Source of the DNA: Octopus sinensis
Lineage: Eukaryota
Direction: 5' to 3'
DNA length: 64,000 bases
Assembly (NCBI RefSeq): GCF_006345805.1
Contig: NC_043014.1
Location: forward strand, 14,632,001-14,696,000
The notes under the pieces were generated by a model, which was given only the letters and a program-made list of their open reading frames with translations, was not told the DNA's origin and searched no databases. Of the stretch, positions 24,811 to 38,128 are shown piece after piece. Numbering within the stretch: the stretch's first letter is position 1; each line of letters starts with the position of its first letter. Both the position numbers and the translations under genes were made by a program.

Positions 24811-25562
24811 AAAAAAAATATACAAAATCAGAAAATGGAGAAATACATCTAAATCATTAATCAACTACCAGATAATACCCAATCACATACTTTATTGAAC
24901 CACTACATAAGAACATTAAGGTTAAACATAAAAATATATAACAAAACATATATTGGATATATGTTATCCCATGGATATATGTTATCCCATGGAGGGTTGA
25001 ATTTGCAACCCCTACCTCAATTTGTATATATATATATAGAACCACCCAGCGAACATCCACCATGGGTCATCACATTTGCTTAAGGTAAAAATGAATTCCT
25101 CGCTCTTTCGGAAACATCAATCTTCTGTATTGACCGCTTTCCACCACTTTGATCTGTTTTTTGTATTGAATACGTATCGCCACCGTGGGCCACTGCATCG
25201 AACACTTTGGACATATACTTCAAACTATATATCAACTATACATGAACTATATATCAACTATACATGAACTCTAAGATGTCTGACTCCGTTGTGTATTATA
25301 AATGAATTTCTTGTGTTTGACGGCATGAGCTGTCTTTTTTTATATATAACTTTTTTTGATAAAGTTCATTTCAGGAACTGAAACATGTTATAATGTATAT
25401 ATATAAAAATTAAAAATTGTATAATACAGCAGCATTTTCGAACTTCATTTTTTACAAATATATATATATATTATATATATATATATATACATATATATAT
25501 TAGAGCTTATTTATTCAAGCATAAGTAAATATACATACAAGGCAAACAGAATTTATGTTGAA

Positions 25563-25753
25563 CCCTTTAGCATTTAAACTGGGCATATCAGGCCCAAATA
25601 TTCTACCTTTAGGTCCAACTTCTCAAACCTACCATACGTCATTCTAGAAATATACAATCACATCATAAAAGCTACGAGATAAAGCAGAATTAATTCAAAG
25701 CAATATGAATAAATGAGCATTTCATTTGGCAGAGTAATGTGAATGCTAAATGG
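25563..25753. mobile_element. TTAA-flanked MITE family 2; copies at ~8896-9115 and ~21351-21630
   Basis: CCCTTTAGCATT...AATGCTAAA(G/T)GG inverted termini next to TTAA. Confidence 0.7.
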
Positions 25754-25777
25754 TTAAAATAGATGATACTCTCTCTC

Positions 25778-26165
25778 TCTCTTTTACGTTTTTCAGTCAT
25801 TTGACTGCGGCCATGCTGGAGCACCGCCTTTAGTCGAACAAATCGACCCCAGGACTTATTCTTTGTAAGCCCAGTACTTATTCTATCGCTCTCTTTTGCC
25901 AAACTGTCAAGTGACACACCAGCATCGGTTGTCAAGCAATGCTAGGGGGACAAATACAGACACACAAACATACACATACATACATATATATACATATATA
26001 CGATGGGCTTCTTTCAGTTTCCGTCTACCAAATCAACTCACAAGGCTTTGGTCGGCCCGAGGCTATAGTAGAAGACACTTGCCCAAGGTGCCACACAGTG
26101 GGACTGAACCCGGAACCATGTGGTTGGTAAGCAAGCTACTTACCACACAGCCACTCCTGTGCCTA
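25778..26165 (-). mobile_element. tRNA-derived SINE family A
   Basis: Reverse-complement copy; its head starts ~50 nt downstream of the exon 6 donor. Confidence 0.88.
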
Positions 26166-26217
26166 TAATATAATATAATTGAAGAATTAAATAAGAGAAA
26201 ATGTTGGTGCCTTTCAC

Positions 26218-26477
26218 CTGAGCTGCTTCTGCCAATGCCAATCTGTAACAGAAGTGACATTTGCTGCCATCAGCTGTTGGATCACATCTATGCCATGGAC
26301 CATATCAAGGATGAGAGCTTTTAGTTTCAGCTCAAGGATGTCTTCACATTTCACATTTTTCCTGGTAAGAACGTCAAGCTTATGTTTGACGTCATGGAGG
26401 TATCCATTCAAGTTGTTTTGCTTGATAGCATTCTCACATTGCTGGGTGAATTGAATCTGCCCCACAAGACATAGAAT
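26218..26477 (-). CDS. DYNC2H1: Dynein-2 heavy chain exon 6 (ILCLVGQIQFT...LKLKALILD...DWHWQKQL)
   Basis: CAG acceptor, GTGAAA donor; 260 nt, phase 0/2. Confidence 0.95.
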
Positions 26478-26556
26478 CTGAAATAAGAAAAGACACTTTT
26501 TATAGAGAAGAGCTAATAATGCTATATTGTGATACAGAACACAACAGATTATCAAT

Positions 26557-26697
26557 GAGAAGATAGCTTTTGTGTGCAGCAGATGCACAGGGGCAATAGA
26601 CACCACAGATACTCAGAAAACAGATTCCATCACACTCCAGGGGGAGAAACTAGAAGTAGTTGATAGCTTCTGCTACCTAGGTGACCAACTTAGTAGT
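26557..26697 (+). mobile_element. Internal fragment of the same RTE LINE
   Basis: FVCSRCTGAID...GEKLEVVDSFCYLGDQLSS matches the 43812-44297 peptide. Confidence 0.85.
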
Positions 26698-27619
26698 CAA
26701 GCGATGGTAGGAGGACAAACACAGGCACACAACTACATACATACACACACACACACATATATACACATACACACACGCACACACACACACATATATATAT
26801 ATATACATACGACAGGCTTCTTTCAGTTTCCATCAACCAAATCCACTCACAAGGCTTTGGTCGGCCCAAGGCTATAGTAGAAGACATTTGTCCAAGGTGC
26901 CATAAAGTGGAACTGTGTGGTTGAGAAGCAAGCTTCTTACCACTCAGCCATGCCTGCATTTATGGCACACAGCTATGCCTGTGCCTATTATTTACATTTT
27001 TATTTCCAGAATTTTTGTTGCTTTTGCAACTTTGTCAATGGATATTGGCTGTCCATTATTGGAGTTCCAATAATGGACAGAGTCAACTTCCATTGACACG
27101 ATTACAAAAGCAACAAAAATTTTGGAAGAAAAATTAAATATATCTATATCTATAAAAGGCAGGATGTGTGTGAGTGTGTGTGTGTACGCAAATGTACTTT
27201 ATGCACGTCCACAAATTAGCACACATGTCGCTCCAATTTTAGGAGGACATTGGTCACGACCATGGCTGTGCTTTTGTCAACTTATTTTTCCCGAGGCACC
27301 CCTGAATAGCAGTTAAAATAGCTTTTCAACCATAACTTTTACCAATTTTCACGTGGGTGAAATCGGTAAGTTTGCTAACTTGAGTTAAGTCCCCTGTCTT
27401 ATAGATTAATACACCCAACTACAATGCCTCCAAAAAGAAATTAGACTTGGACTACCTAAGCAATCTCAGTGTAGCAAAAGAGAAAGAGCTGAAGAGACTG
27501 ACTATCAGCAGAACCATTAGTAAAATATAACGTTTTGAGCTGAAACCTGGCAATAAGAGCTTATGGATATTCCGCCACAAAACATTCAATAATATTGAAG
27601 CAGTAACTTTCATAAATCA

Positions 27620-28036
27620 CTCTTTTACTCGTTTCAGTCATTTGACTGCGGCTATGCTGGAGCACTGCTTTTAGTCGAGCAAATCGACCCCAGGACTTAT
27701 TCTTTGTAAGCCTAGTACTTATTCTATCAGTCTCTTTTGGCGAACCGCTAAGTTACGGGGACGTAAACACACCAGCATCGGTTGTCGAGCGATGTTGGGG
27801 GGACAAGCACAGACACACAAACATATGCACACACGCATACATACATATATATATATATATATACACATATATGATGGGTTTCTTTCAGTTTCCATCTACC
27901 AAATCCACTCACAAGGCTTTGGTCGGCTTGAGGCTATAGTAAAAGACACTTGCCCAAGGTGCCATGCAGTGGGACTGAACCTGGAACTATGTTGTTGGGA
28001 AGCAAGCTACTTACCACACAGCCACTCCAACGCCTA
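27620..28036 (-). mobile_element. tRNA-derived SINE family A
   Basis: Reverse-complement copy. Confidence 0.88.
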
Positions 28037-28313
28037 AATCATGGTATAATTTTTGAAGACACTTTCTGAACCCAGTCAACGATGGGTATTTTTGCTAGTA
28101 AATGATAAATGGCTGGAAATTGAACCAGTGAGTGTGTTAGATAAGGCATTAAGACAATATGACTCTCCCTAGACAAAACAAAATTTGCTTCAACACACAA
28201 GTTCAAATAAAGAATCTTGTAAACCAGATACAAAAATGAAGTAAAGCAAATAATGTTTTCTGAGAAGTAGAGGAGAAAATCAAAATCACAAGAGAATTGG
28301 TAAATTGGATTAC

Positions 28314-28427
28314 CTGTGAAGGAAAATTGTTTGGATCAGGTTGTCCTGTCTGGGATTCTTGCAGACATTCTTTCAGTAAGTCTTTCAAGGTCTCTTTCAT
28401 TTCTGTAGCCAGGCTGTTCATCCACAA
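28314..28427 (-). CDS. DYNC2H1: Dynein-2 heavy chain exon 5 (LWMNSLATEMKETL...FPSQ)
   Basis: CAG acceptor, GTAAT donor; 114 nt, phase 0/0. Confidence 0.94.
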
Positions 28428-28999
28428 CTGCAAAAAACACAGACGATTTGAGAACAAAGAAGAATTAGTGGAATAAATTCCATCAGGATTTTAGAATGGA
28501 ATACACAATGGTAGTGGTGGTGTTGGTGATGGAATTGATAGTGAGGTTGGTTGGTGGTGTTGGAGGTGTTAGTGGAGGTGTTGGTATTGGTAGTAGTGGT
28601 GGTGGTGTTGGTGTTGGCAGTGGTGGTGGTGGTAGTGGAGGTGGTGATGCTTACCATGGTGAGTGAATCTGGTGTGGTGATAACCAGGGAGGTGGCTGTG
28701 AATGGGGCGATGGCTAAGGAAGTGCTCATCACTACCACTAACCTCCCCCTCCTGATTATCATCATTCTCACCACTACCACCACCACCACCTCTACCACCA
28801 CATATATGTATGTGTGCGTGTGTATGCATGTATATATATATATATAAATATATATACTCTTACTCTTTACTCTTTTACTTGTTTCAGTCATTTGACTGTG
28901 GCCATGCTATAGCACCACCATTAGTCAAGCAAAACGACCCCAAGACATATTCCTTGGAAGCCTAGTACTTATTCTATTGGTCTCTTTTGCCGAACTGCT

Positions 29000-29910
29000 A
29001 AATCAGCCCCTTTTGCTATTATTCCCAGGGTACCTATGATGACAGGTATTGTTTTAGTCTTCAGGTTCCACATTTTGCTAATTTCTATTTCAAGATCTTT
29101 ATACTTGCTCAGTTTTTGGTAGGTCTTGACAGATACGTTTATATCGATTGGGACAGTCATATCAATGAGGAGGCATGATTTTTGTCTGAAGTCTTTCAAT
29201 ATGATGTCTGGCCTATTTGCATCTAACTTTCTGTCAGTTTGAATGGTGAAGTTCCAGAGGAGTGAGATGTGGTCATTTTCAAGCACTGGAGGTGGTTTGT
29301 GTTCCCACCAGTTTTTTTCATGGGGCAAATCCAGGTTTTTGCAGATTACCCAGTGAATATATTGTGCAGCTCTATCATGCCTGTTGAGATACTCTGTAGG
29401 TGCTAGAAGGCTGCACTTGGAGACAACATGATCAATGGTTTCATTTTGTTTTTGACATACACGACATGTTGGGCTACTGCCGTTCTTTAATATGTTGGCC
29501 TGGTAGTTTCTCATTGGTAAGCATTGATCTTGAGCTGCTATGAGAAACCCTTCTGTTTTAAGCCAGAAACCATTAGCCATTGATGGGTAAGGGCTTTGTC
29601 AACATCGGCATTATTTGTTCTCTTTGGGTATTTGACATTGAGAGGTTTTCCTAGCCATTTATCATTCAGAATAGCTAAGGCAGCAGTTTTAGCACGAGTT
29701 TTCATGTGCTTAGCTTTTCCTGCGCTTGTTTCTTGTATGTCTAATTCCGGAATTTGTTGTATTTGAAATTCACTTAGATATTCCTTTGCCTGTTTTGTTA
29801 ATGAATATGATGCTTTCTTGTTTTCATGCTTTGATACAAGTTTTAACATCCAGTCCTCAGAGTTTTTCAGGAAGGGGTCTAGGCCAATTGTGGCAATCTT
29901 CATTGTTAAT
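29000..29910 (-). mobile_element. R4/Dong-like non-LTR retrotransposon fragment (CCHC knuckle + restriction-like endonuclease), frameshifted
   Basis: TEGFLIAAQDQ, CRVC...ETIDHVVSKC, YLNRHD, NRPDIIL...LIDMTVP...KLSKYKDL. Confidence 0.9.
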
Positions 29911-32493
29911 GCTAGTTGTAAAAGTCCACGGCTTTCTTCTTCTTCTTCCTCCTCCTCCTCCTCTTCCTCCCCTCCCCTCTTCTTCTTCTTCTTCTTCTCA
30001 TTATTATTATTATTATTAGCATTATTATTAACCTGCTACCCACATAATTCCTAGCAGGAATAAGACTAGACCAGAGGCAAACCAAACTAATCATATCGAA
30101 GTAAATATCAATATCATAAAATCAGGTTATGGTTAAAGCGATCTTGCAGCAATGGAGAGACAGAAGAGAGAAAATCAGCTTTGGGAGGTTCAACTTTGTA
30201 TACAGGACCTGGGGTGAAGTTTTGAGACAAGTGTTTTTTGGAATTATAGTATGTCTTATACTGCCAGTAAATACGGTACATAAACTGAGACCCTTGATAT
30301 TGAAAATGTTGGGAACCACAAGAACAGATCATGAAAAAAATAAAAGCAAAACAAAAATAATACTGACAGGATTTGAACCCAGAACATTGAGGTATGTAAC
30401 CCAAGAAGTATGGCAAGACAATTCAGTCTGGTTGTGTCTGAAATAGCACAGACAGCTGGTAATTATTCTAACAGTAAATGCTGTTTACAGTGAGTTTATC
30501 ATTAGAAGTCTACCGTTACACCAGCAGCCTCTGTAATACTTTAATACTTGCGAAATATAAAAAATCTTGATGGAATTGAGTGGAAGCTAAGTGCTAAAGA
30601 TTAATGTGTATCAGAGAAAGGAGAGAAAAAGACAAAGAAAGGAAAAGGAGAAAATTATTCGCTGTTTCAAGAGATCTTATTGAAGGCAGCTTCTGGATTT
30701 GAAAGAGTTAATGTGGCGGTAGCGTTAATACCGATTTCTTTTGCACTAGGCACAATGCCAATTCTTATATTGGGAAAGGATGTAGCCAGTCGTATTGACT
30801 GCAGCAGAAGCTCATCTGGAATTGAAGCAAAAGCAGATAATAATAATAACAACAACAGAGTCTCTGTTTAATGTATTTAGTCCAGATGTCTGCTAGTTCT
30901 GCTGTTTTACAACCTCCACGTGTCTACATAATGATAACATGCGGTTGTTGTTATTTAACTGCTGTCAATAAATGACTATGCTGCAGCATACAGAACAATG
31001 TGATAGCGATGATGATGGTGATAGTATTGATAGTGGTGGTGGTGGTGGCGCTATAACAATGATGATGGTACTGATGGTGATGATGGCAATGAAGATGATG
31101 ATGATGGAGGTGATGATGTTGAATATAATGTTTGATTTCTCTTGAGCCGTACTATTCCATGTTGTATAAGTGGGTGAAATATAATTGGCCAATGGAAATA
31201 TTCGCAAAATAAAGTCGATACAGATAACAGTGGATCTAGTTTTTAAAGCCAACTAGTAAAAGTAGCAGGTGGGATGGTCATGGTTGTATTGCCTTTTATT
31301 ATAAATTTACTATTATACCAGTCATGACATGGGGATAAATGAACAAAAACAATGATTAGATAGTTGCTTGATCTGCTATATATAGCAGCTGGCAACCTCA
31401 GCATCTTCCTTAACCCTTTCAATACCAACCCGGCTGAAACCAGCTCTGACTCCATCATACAGATGTCTTGTTTTCATAAGTTTTGAATTAAAATCTTGCA
31501 CCAAACCTTAGTCATAATTTATGTTCCTAACACTAGCTGAATGATAACTAAGGTATTTTACTAAATTCTTTGTTATATTTAAAGTAATTGAAAGAAACAC
31601 AGAGCATCTCAAAATAAATACAGTAATGAAAGGGTTAAAATGTGGACTAAATGTCAGACATTATATTAGACAAGCTTCTCTGATTAAGGTTTTAGAATAT
31701 GACCTTTAAGCTAAGTATTGAGAAGAAGACCCATCAAGCCAAGTAAAATTACAGTCATGGCAGATACTAGTGACATGCAAAAGGCACCTGTGCCGGTGGA
31801 ACGTAAAAGCACCCATGACAGTCTCAGAGTGGTTGGCATTAGGAAGGGCATCCAGCTGTAGAAACCAAACCAGAACAGATAACTGGGGTCTGGTGCAGCT
31901 GTCTGGCTAACCAGTCACAGTCAAACTGTCTAACCCATGCCAGCATGGAAAACAGATGTTAAATGATGATGATGATGATACATGATAATTGCCTCATCTT
32001 GTCAGATAATAACCGTTTCATGTTATGATAGTGAGATATCTTGATGCCAATGGATTTAAATGGCAAAAGCTCATACAACTCTTTTATCACTCCCTTGGCT
32101 GCCATAGTAGGTTCCAGTGACAAGCAGTGCCATTGGAACCTATTTTGGTACTATTTCAACTGCAAGTTTTATGCTAGAGTACCGTTCTTCTAGAAAAGCT
32201 GCCTTCCCCATGGCTTTGTTAAAAACAATGGGAATCTCGTCTACACCTGGGGTATCTATGCCATAGATGGGACCCTGACAGGTATTACCATTCTGGGTCA
32301 GAATGGACCTGACAGTAATGACAATTAAGGGGTGACTACACACTCCCCACAGCTTCAGAATTCCTGAACTGGAGTCTCTCTGCTGGATGCAGTTTTGTGT
32401 ATGTATGTATTCATGTGTGTGTGCAAGCATGCATGCATGTATGTATATGCGTATGCATGCATATATATGTAGTATGAATGCAATATGTATGTA

Positions 32494-33384
32494 CAGAGTG
32501 CAGTGAATAAACTGTTGTCTAAATTACGCAAAAATGAAAATAACACTGACATCTCATTTTAACAGACATATTTACCAAAATTACACAAAAATATCTTGAA
32601 ATACTAAAGAGTAAATTTATTCAATAAAATCACTATTGGCTTCAAGCACTGCCTCCAGATGGCTTCGGGATCTCCTGCAACTCTTCTGGATGATCTCCTT
32701 CTTTAAGTTGGTGAATGCGGCCATACTCCTTACCTTCAGTTCATCTTTGGTGTTACAAGGAGTTTTGTTGGTCTCTTGCCCAACTGCACCCCACACATAG
32801 TAATCAAGGGAGTTACAGTCTGGGGAGTTAGGCGGCCAGATGTTAGGGGTGATGTGGTCGCAGAAATTGTTTGATAGCCATGACTAGCTTCTCCTGCTTG
32901 TGTGGAATGGTGTAGAGTGCTGTTACCAGACCTAGGGTCTTCCAGCAGCCACCTTTCTTAATTAACCCAGGGCAGCACTGCCCCCTCCAGGTACTTGATG
33001 TAGGCCTCTGTGTTGAGTCTGATGCCGTGTGGAAAGATAAATGGAGGCATAACATCACTATCACTAGTGATCACTCTAAACATCATGATGTTGACTGGAT
33101 GTTGATTTTTATCACTCTCATACATGTCCTCAGATTGCACTGTCTTCAGATTGACACCCAAATACTCTGAAGTGTTCATATTCGAGCTTCTGGCACAAAT
33201 ACCAAGCAGTACAGCATGTTACTCTCAAATTTCTCGGAGAGTGAATTGCGTCATGGTGCTGTTTCTCTCACAGACAGTGCCCAACTGACCCTACTCTACT
33301 GTGTAGTCAACAAAATCAAAAACAAACAATGCGCATGCACGAAATTAAAAGTATAAAATGGCACAATTTACCCATCACACCCTG
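32494..33384 (-). mobile_element. Degenerate Tc1/mariner-superfamily element
   Basis: TA flanks, degenerate CAGGGTG termini; peptides VMPPFIFPHGIRLNTEAYIKYLE and WPPNSPDCNSLDYYVWG. Confidence 0.8.
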
Positions 33385-35055
33385 TATGTATGTATGTATG
33401 TATGTATGTGTGTGTGTATGCATTTATGTATGTATATATGTAGTATGAATGCAATATGTATGTATGCGTGCATCTAATATGAATGCTATATGTATATGTA
33501 TGTATGTATATATGTGTGCAAAGAAGAGATATCAAGCTGAATAAAATCGTTGTCGTGGCAGATACTGGTGCCATGCAAATGGCACCCATGCCAGTGGTAT
33601 GTAAATGCACCTGTTACACTCTCAGAGCGGTTGGCATTAAGAAGGGCATCCAGCTGTAGAAAACCATGCCAAATTAGACTGAAGTCTGGTGCAGCCCTTG
33701 CCAAACCATCCAGTGTGGTTGTGTTTGTCCCCTACCACCACTTGACCATCGATGTTGGTGTGTTTACATCTCTGTAACTTAGTGGTTCAGCAAGAGAGAC
33801 CAATAAAATAAGTTATAAGTGCTGGGGTTAATTAATTCGACTATAAATTCTTCAATGTGGTGCCCCAGCATGGCCACAGTCTAATGACACACACACAAAC
33901 ACGAATATAGCTGCATGTATGTGTTTGTCTCCTGTCCATCACTAGATAATTGGTGTTTGTTTGTTTACATTCTGTAACTGAGTAGTTCAGCCTAAGAGAC
34001 TGACAAAATAAGTACCAGACTTAAAAAACAAAACAAACAAATACAGAACTCCTGGGGTGGCTCTGACTGAAACAAGTAGAATACAAGAAAGAAAGCCTTC
34101 CGTGCAATGCTCCAATGACTGCCCTAATAGCAACAAATATTGATTAAGTAATTGATTGAAATTAATGATGTTATTGCAACAGCTGTGTTCTATCATAACT
34201 GGACATTAGAACACAGTAACACGAATGTGGAGTGTACTACTAGATATAAGGAAACCAGGCCAGAAACACAAGTCAATGTGGAATGAGATAACCTCTATAT
34301 GGTCAAGCAAGCTACTAGAAATAGCAGCTGAATCTCTGTCAAATGCCATTCCATTGTATTAACCCTTTTGGTAGTGACCCACCTGAAACTGTTTCTCATC
34401 ATCATCATTGTTTAGCGTCCGTTTTCCATGCTTGCACGGGCTGGACAGTTCGACCGGGCTCTGGGAAGCCAGGAGGCTGCACCAGGCTCCAGTCTGATCT
34501 GGCAGTGTTTCTACAGCTGAATGCCCTTCCTAATGCCAACCACTCCGTGAGTGAAGTGGGTGCTTTTTACGTGCCAGGGGAGCCTGGCATCAGCCACGAT
34601 CGGTTTTTATGTGCCACAGGCACAGAAGCCAGGCAAGGTGGCGCTACAAACACCCATCAAAATTCCCTGTTAATTTCTGTTCCAAATACCAGATTCAAAG
34701 ATTTTTTACTGTTTAATTGTTGGAGTCTTTAGACTGCAGCCCTGCTGGAGCACTGCCTTAAAAGGTTTGGGCACTGCTTTGAAACGGTTGGGCGAACAAA
34801 TTGACCCCGGTACTTATTCTATCAGGCTTGTCTGGGAATGTAAACAAAAACCACATTGTCAAACAGTGGTGGTGGACAAATGCAAACACACAGACATACA
34901 CACATGCACACACACACATGCATGTATATATGTCATCATCATCATGAATTAATTGGATGGTTTGAAAAGAACTGATGAGCTGCAAGACTGCATCAAGCTC
35001 CAATGTCATCATTGGCATGGTTTCTCTGGCCGGACACCCTTTCAAACACTAACTA

Positions 35056-35629
35056 TTGGGTTGTCCGGAAAGTTCATGCTGATTTATAGTAGCTTACCTT
35101 TCGACTTATTTTAGAACATGGTTGAGTCCATAAAATAGGATTTGACTACACCTTCATTTAGAGCATAGTTTCAGTTATCTTTTCGTGGAAGAAGGTTTAT
35201 GTTCCTATAACCTGTGTTAATTCTGTAACCCTTTAAAATCTAAGATAAGAAAGTTCATTTTCGGCACTTGATGCTTTTCTTTTTCCGTAAAGAGAAAAAT
35301 GCCTCACAAGCAACCAAAGAAATATGCACAGTTTACAGTGATGTTTCTTTATCTGAAAGAACTGTACGGAAGTGGTTCGCAAAGTTCCGAGCTGGAGATG
35401 GTAGCCTTATTGATAAAGAGCGATCAGGCAGACCATCCACTACAGATGATGACCAAATCAAGTCATTAATTGAGAATAACCCACATTGCACAACCCGAGA
35501 ATTGGCAGAAAGCCTCAACCTATCAAAATCCATTGTTCCTGAGCACCGGGTAAAGCTTGGGTAATGGCAAGTATGTATTGACCTTTTTCTTTCCTTTAAA
35601 AATCGGCACAAACTTTCCGGACAACCTGA
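35056..35629 (+). mobile_element. Mariner deletion derivative retaining the N-terminal HTH region
   Basis: Same TIRs; TVRKWFAKFRAGD...RSGRP...TTRELAESLNLS. Confidence 0.92.
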
Positions 35630-36297
35630 CACTTTACAGAGTGTAGTAAGCACTTTTACATAGTGCCAGTAGCAACAAAATTGTTATATGACATACAACA
35701 CAAAAAAAAAGGGGGAAAAGGAAGAAGTAGAAGCTCCCACTACTAAGAGGAAATATTTGAGAAGGGAAGGTGGAGACAGGTGGCTTTATGCCAGGTGTTG
35801 AAAGGCTAAAGTTTGATAAAGGACAAGCACAGGTGTCTTGCTATAAGAGGAGATAAAAGGAAAGTAGTGATGGGATGTTAGAGTATAATTCTCAAGGTAC
35901 AAGAAGGTGAGCATAAGGAAGAACACATTCGGTTGATCATGGGAGGGATGAGAGAGTGGATGCTTTCATAAGAGTTGGCTGGATATGGCTGGTTTAAATG
36001 TTAACCCCTTCTTTACTGACCCGGCTGAAACCGCCTCTGGCTCTGTAGTACAGATGTCTTGTTCTCATAAGTTTTGAATTAAAATCTTCCACCAAACGTT
36101 AGTCACAATTTATGCTCCTAACTCTAGCGTAATGACAACAAAGTTATTTTACTAAATTCTTTGTTATATTTAAAGTAATTGAAAGAAACACAGAGCATTT
36201 CAAAATAAATATGGTAATGAAAGGGTTAAAGGGTTAATAGTGATGTAATAACAAAAAAAACCCAACGAAACCAAAAAGAATATAAGATATAACAAAC

Positions 36298-36528
36298 CTC
36301 AACATCAGTGGTGATGAGAACTTGTTGACGAAGTGGTACCACCTCCCCATGCAATGACCTCATGGCAAGAATCTGGCTACAGTCATCATTAAACTTGACA
36401 GTATGAATACCAGCAAACAATTTCTTCAGGTGTGTTTGGATTACATCAGGCTTAGTGGACTGGCCAAGAATCTCCAGCAGGTCCTCGTCCCCAATGAAAT
36501 AAAAACGGGGAAATGAGGACCTCTTTTC
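36298..36528 (-). CDS. DYNC2H1: Dynein-2 heavy chain exon 4 (EKRSSFPRFYFIGDEDLLEILG...TTDVE)
   Basis: CAG acceptor, GT donor; 231 nt, phase 0/0; FPRFYF dynein motif. Confidence 0.96.
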
Positions 36529-37739
36529 CTGGAAATTGAAAAGCAAAATATAATTAATCATACGTGTGTGTGCATACATGTGTGTGTGCATACGTGTGTG
36601 TGTGTGTGTGTATATGTATGTATGTATGTAAGTATGTATGTATATATCCATACATATGCATGTATGTATATGTATGTATGTGTGTATATATATATATACA
36701 AATACACACACACACAAATATAAAGATAAATGATAGAAAATGGAATTAATATTCATTATTTAAAATCACTATAATTGTTTCAACATAATCTTACAGCTTT
36801 AGTACATTGGGGAAATGTTGTGTAATCCTTATTCCACTGTATGATGACATCAGATAGCCAGTAGCTGTAAACAAGCTTTTTACCTGAATCTTACTTAACA
36901 CCCACACATATAGAGTCATCATCATCATCATCGTTTAACGTCCATTTTCCATGCTAGCATGGGTTGGTATGTTCTATCGGGGTCTGGGAAGCCAGGAGGC
37001 CTCACCAGGCTCCAGTCTGATCTGGCAGTGTTTCTACAGCTAGATGCCCTTCCTAACGCCAACCACTCCATGAGTGTAGTGGGTGCTTTTTATGTGCCAT
37101 GGGCACAGGTGCCAGAGGAAGCTGGCAAATGGCCACAATTGGTTGGTTCTTTCTATGTGTCACCAGCACGGATGCCTGTCAAGGCAGCGCTGGCATCGGC
37201 CACATCCAGATGGTGCTTTTTACGTGCCACCAGCACGAGTATCACAACTACAATTTCCATTTGATATTTATTTTGATGTTGACGTACTTGACTCAATAGA
37301 TCTCCTCAAGCAGAGCAGGTCACCCTACGATCCAAGGTTAGCATAGCAGGCCGTTCTGCGAGCCATGAACTCACTTCATTTGTCGGGTCTTCAAAGTCAC
37401 AGCATATCTCAGAGGTCTCGGTCTTTCGTCATTGCCTCTGTGAGGCCCAACGTGCCACCAGAACGGGTATCACAACTACAATAACCATTTGATTTTTGAT
37501 TTATATTTTTGATGTTTGATATTTATTTTTGATTTTTAATTTTGAGTTTTAATATTGATTTTTGATGTTTATTTATTATTAGGATTTTAAAAAATTTTAA
37601 TTTTGATTTTTCTAAATTTAATTATTTAATCGTTACAGTTGAAAAGGTCTCAAAATGACCGAAACCAGTACTGAAATTTTTTTATAAAATTATTTTAGCA
37701 TTTTCTATCTTGGCTTGTTTTTTCATATATTTATATATA

Positions 37740-38128
37740 CTAGCAGTATCGCCCGGCGTTGCTCGGGTTTGTAAGGGAAATAACTATATAAGCATTTTTA
37801 GAGATGTAAAGTATAATAGCCATCTCAATATGGCTAACCACAAAGGGGGGGGGGTGTTACTGTAGCTTTTTACGTTCTGAGATTTAATAATAAATTTTTA
37901 GAGAGTTATATATGCCAAAAATGCATTAAAAATGGGAAAAATTGATGGTAAATTTTTTTTAAATCGTAGACTCATTGTAGATGCGCGCTAATACCCAGAA
38001 GGGCTCGATATGAATCACGACTATAAGATACCCGGTTTTGGTTAAACTGCACCGCAAAATGTGGGAGTAGTTAGGAATCTAAATCATAGGAGACAGACAG
38101 CACACAACCTCACTTTTATATATAAAGA
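37740..38128 (-). mobile_element. Non-autonomous Helitron-like element, same family
   Basis: Same termini and body as 5053-5367 plus an extra internal segment. Confidence 0.75.

Noticed and set aside
32462-33465. 32-bp direct repeat around the Tc1/mariner element as a long TSD
   Set aside because: The right copy is offset ~50 bp from the element end and lies in degenerate microsatellite; the TA flanks already explain the insertion.
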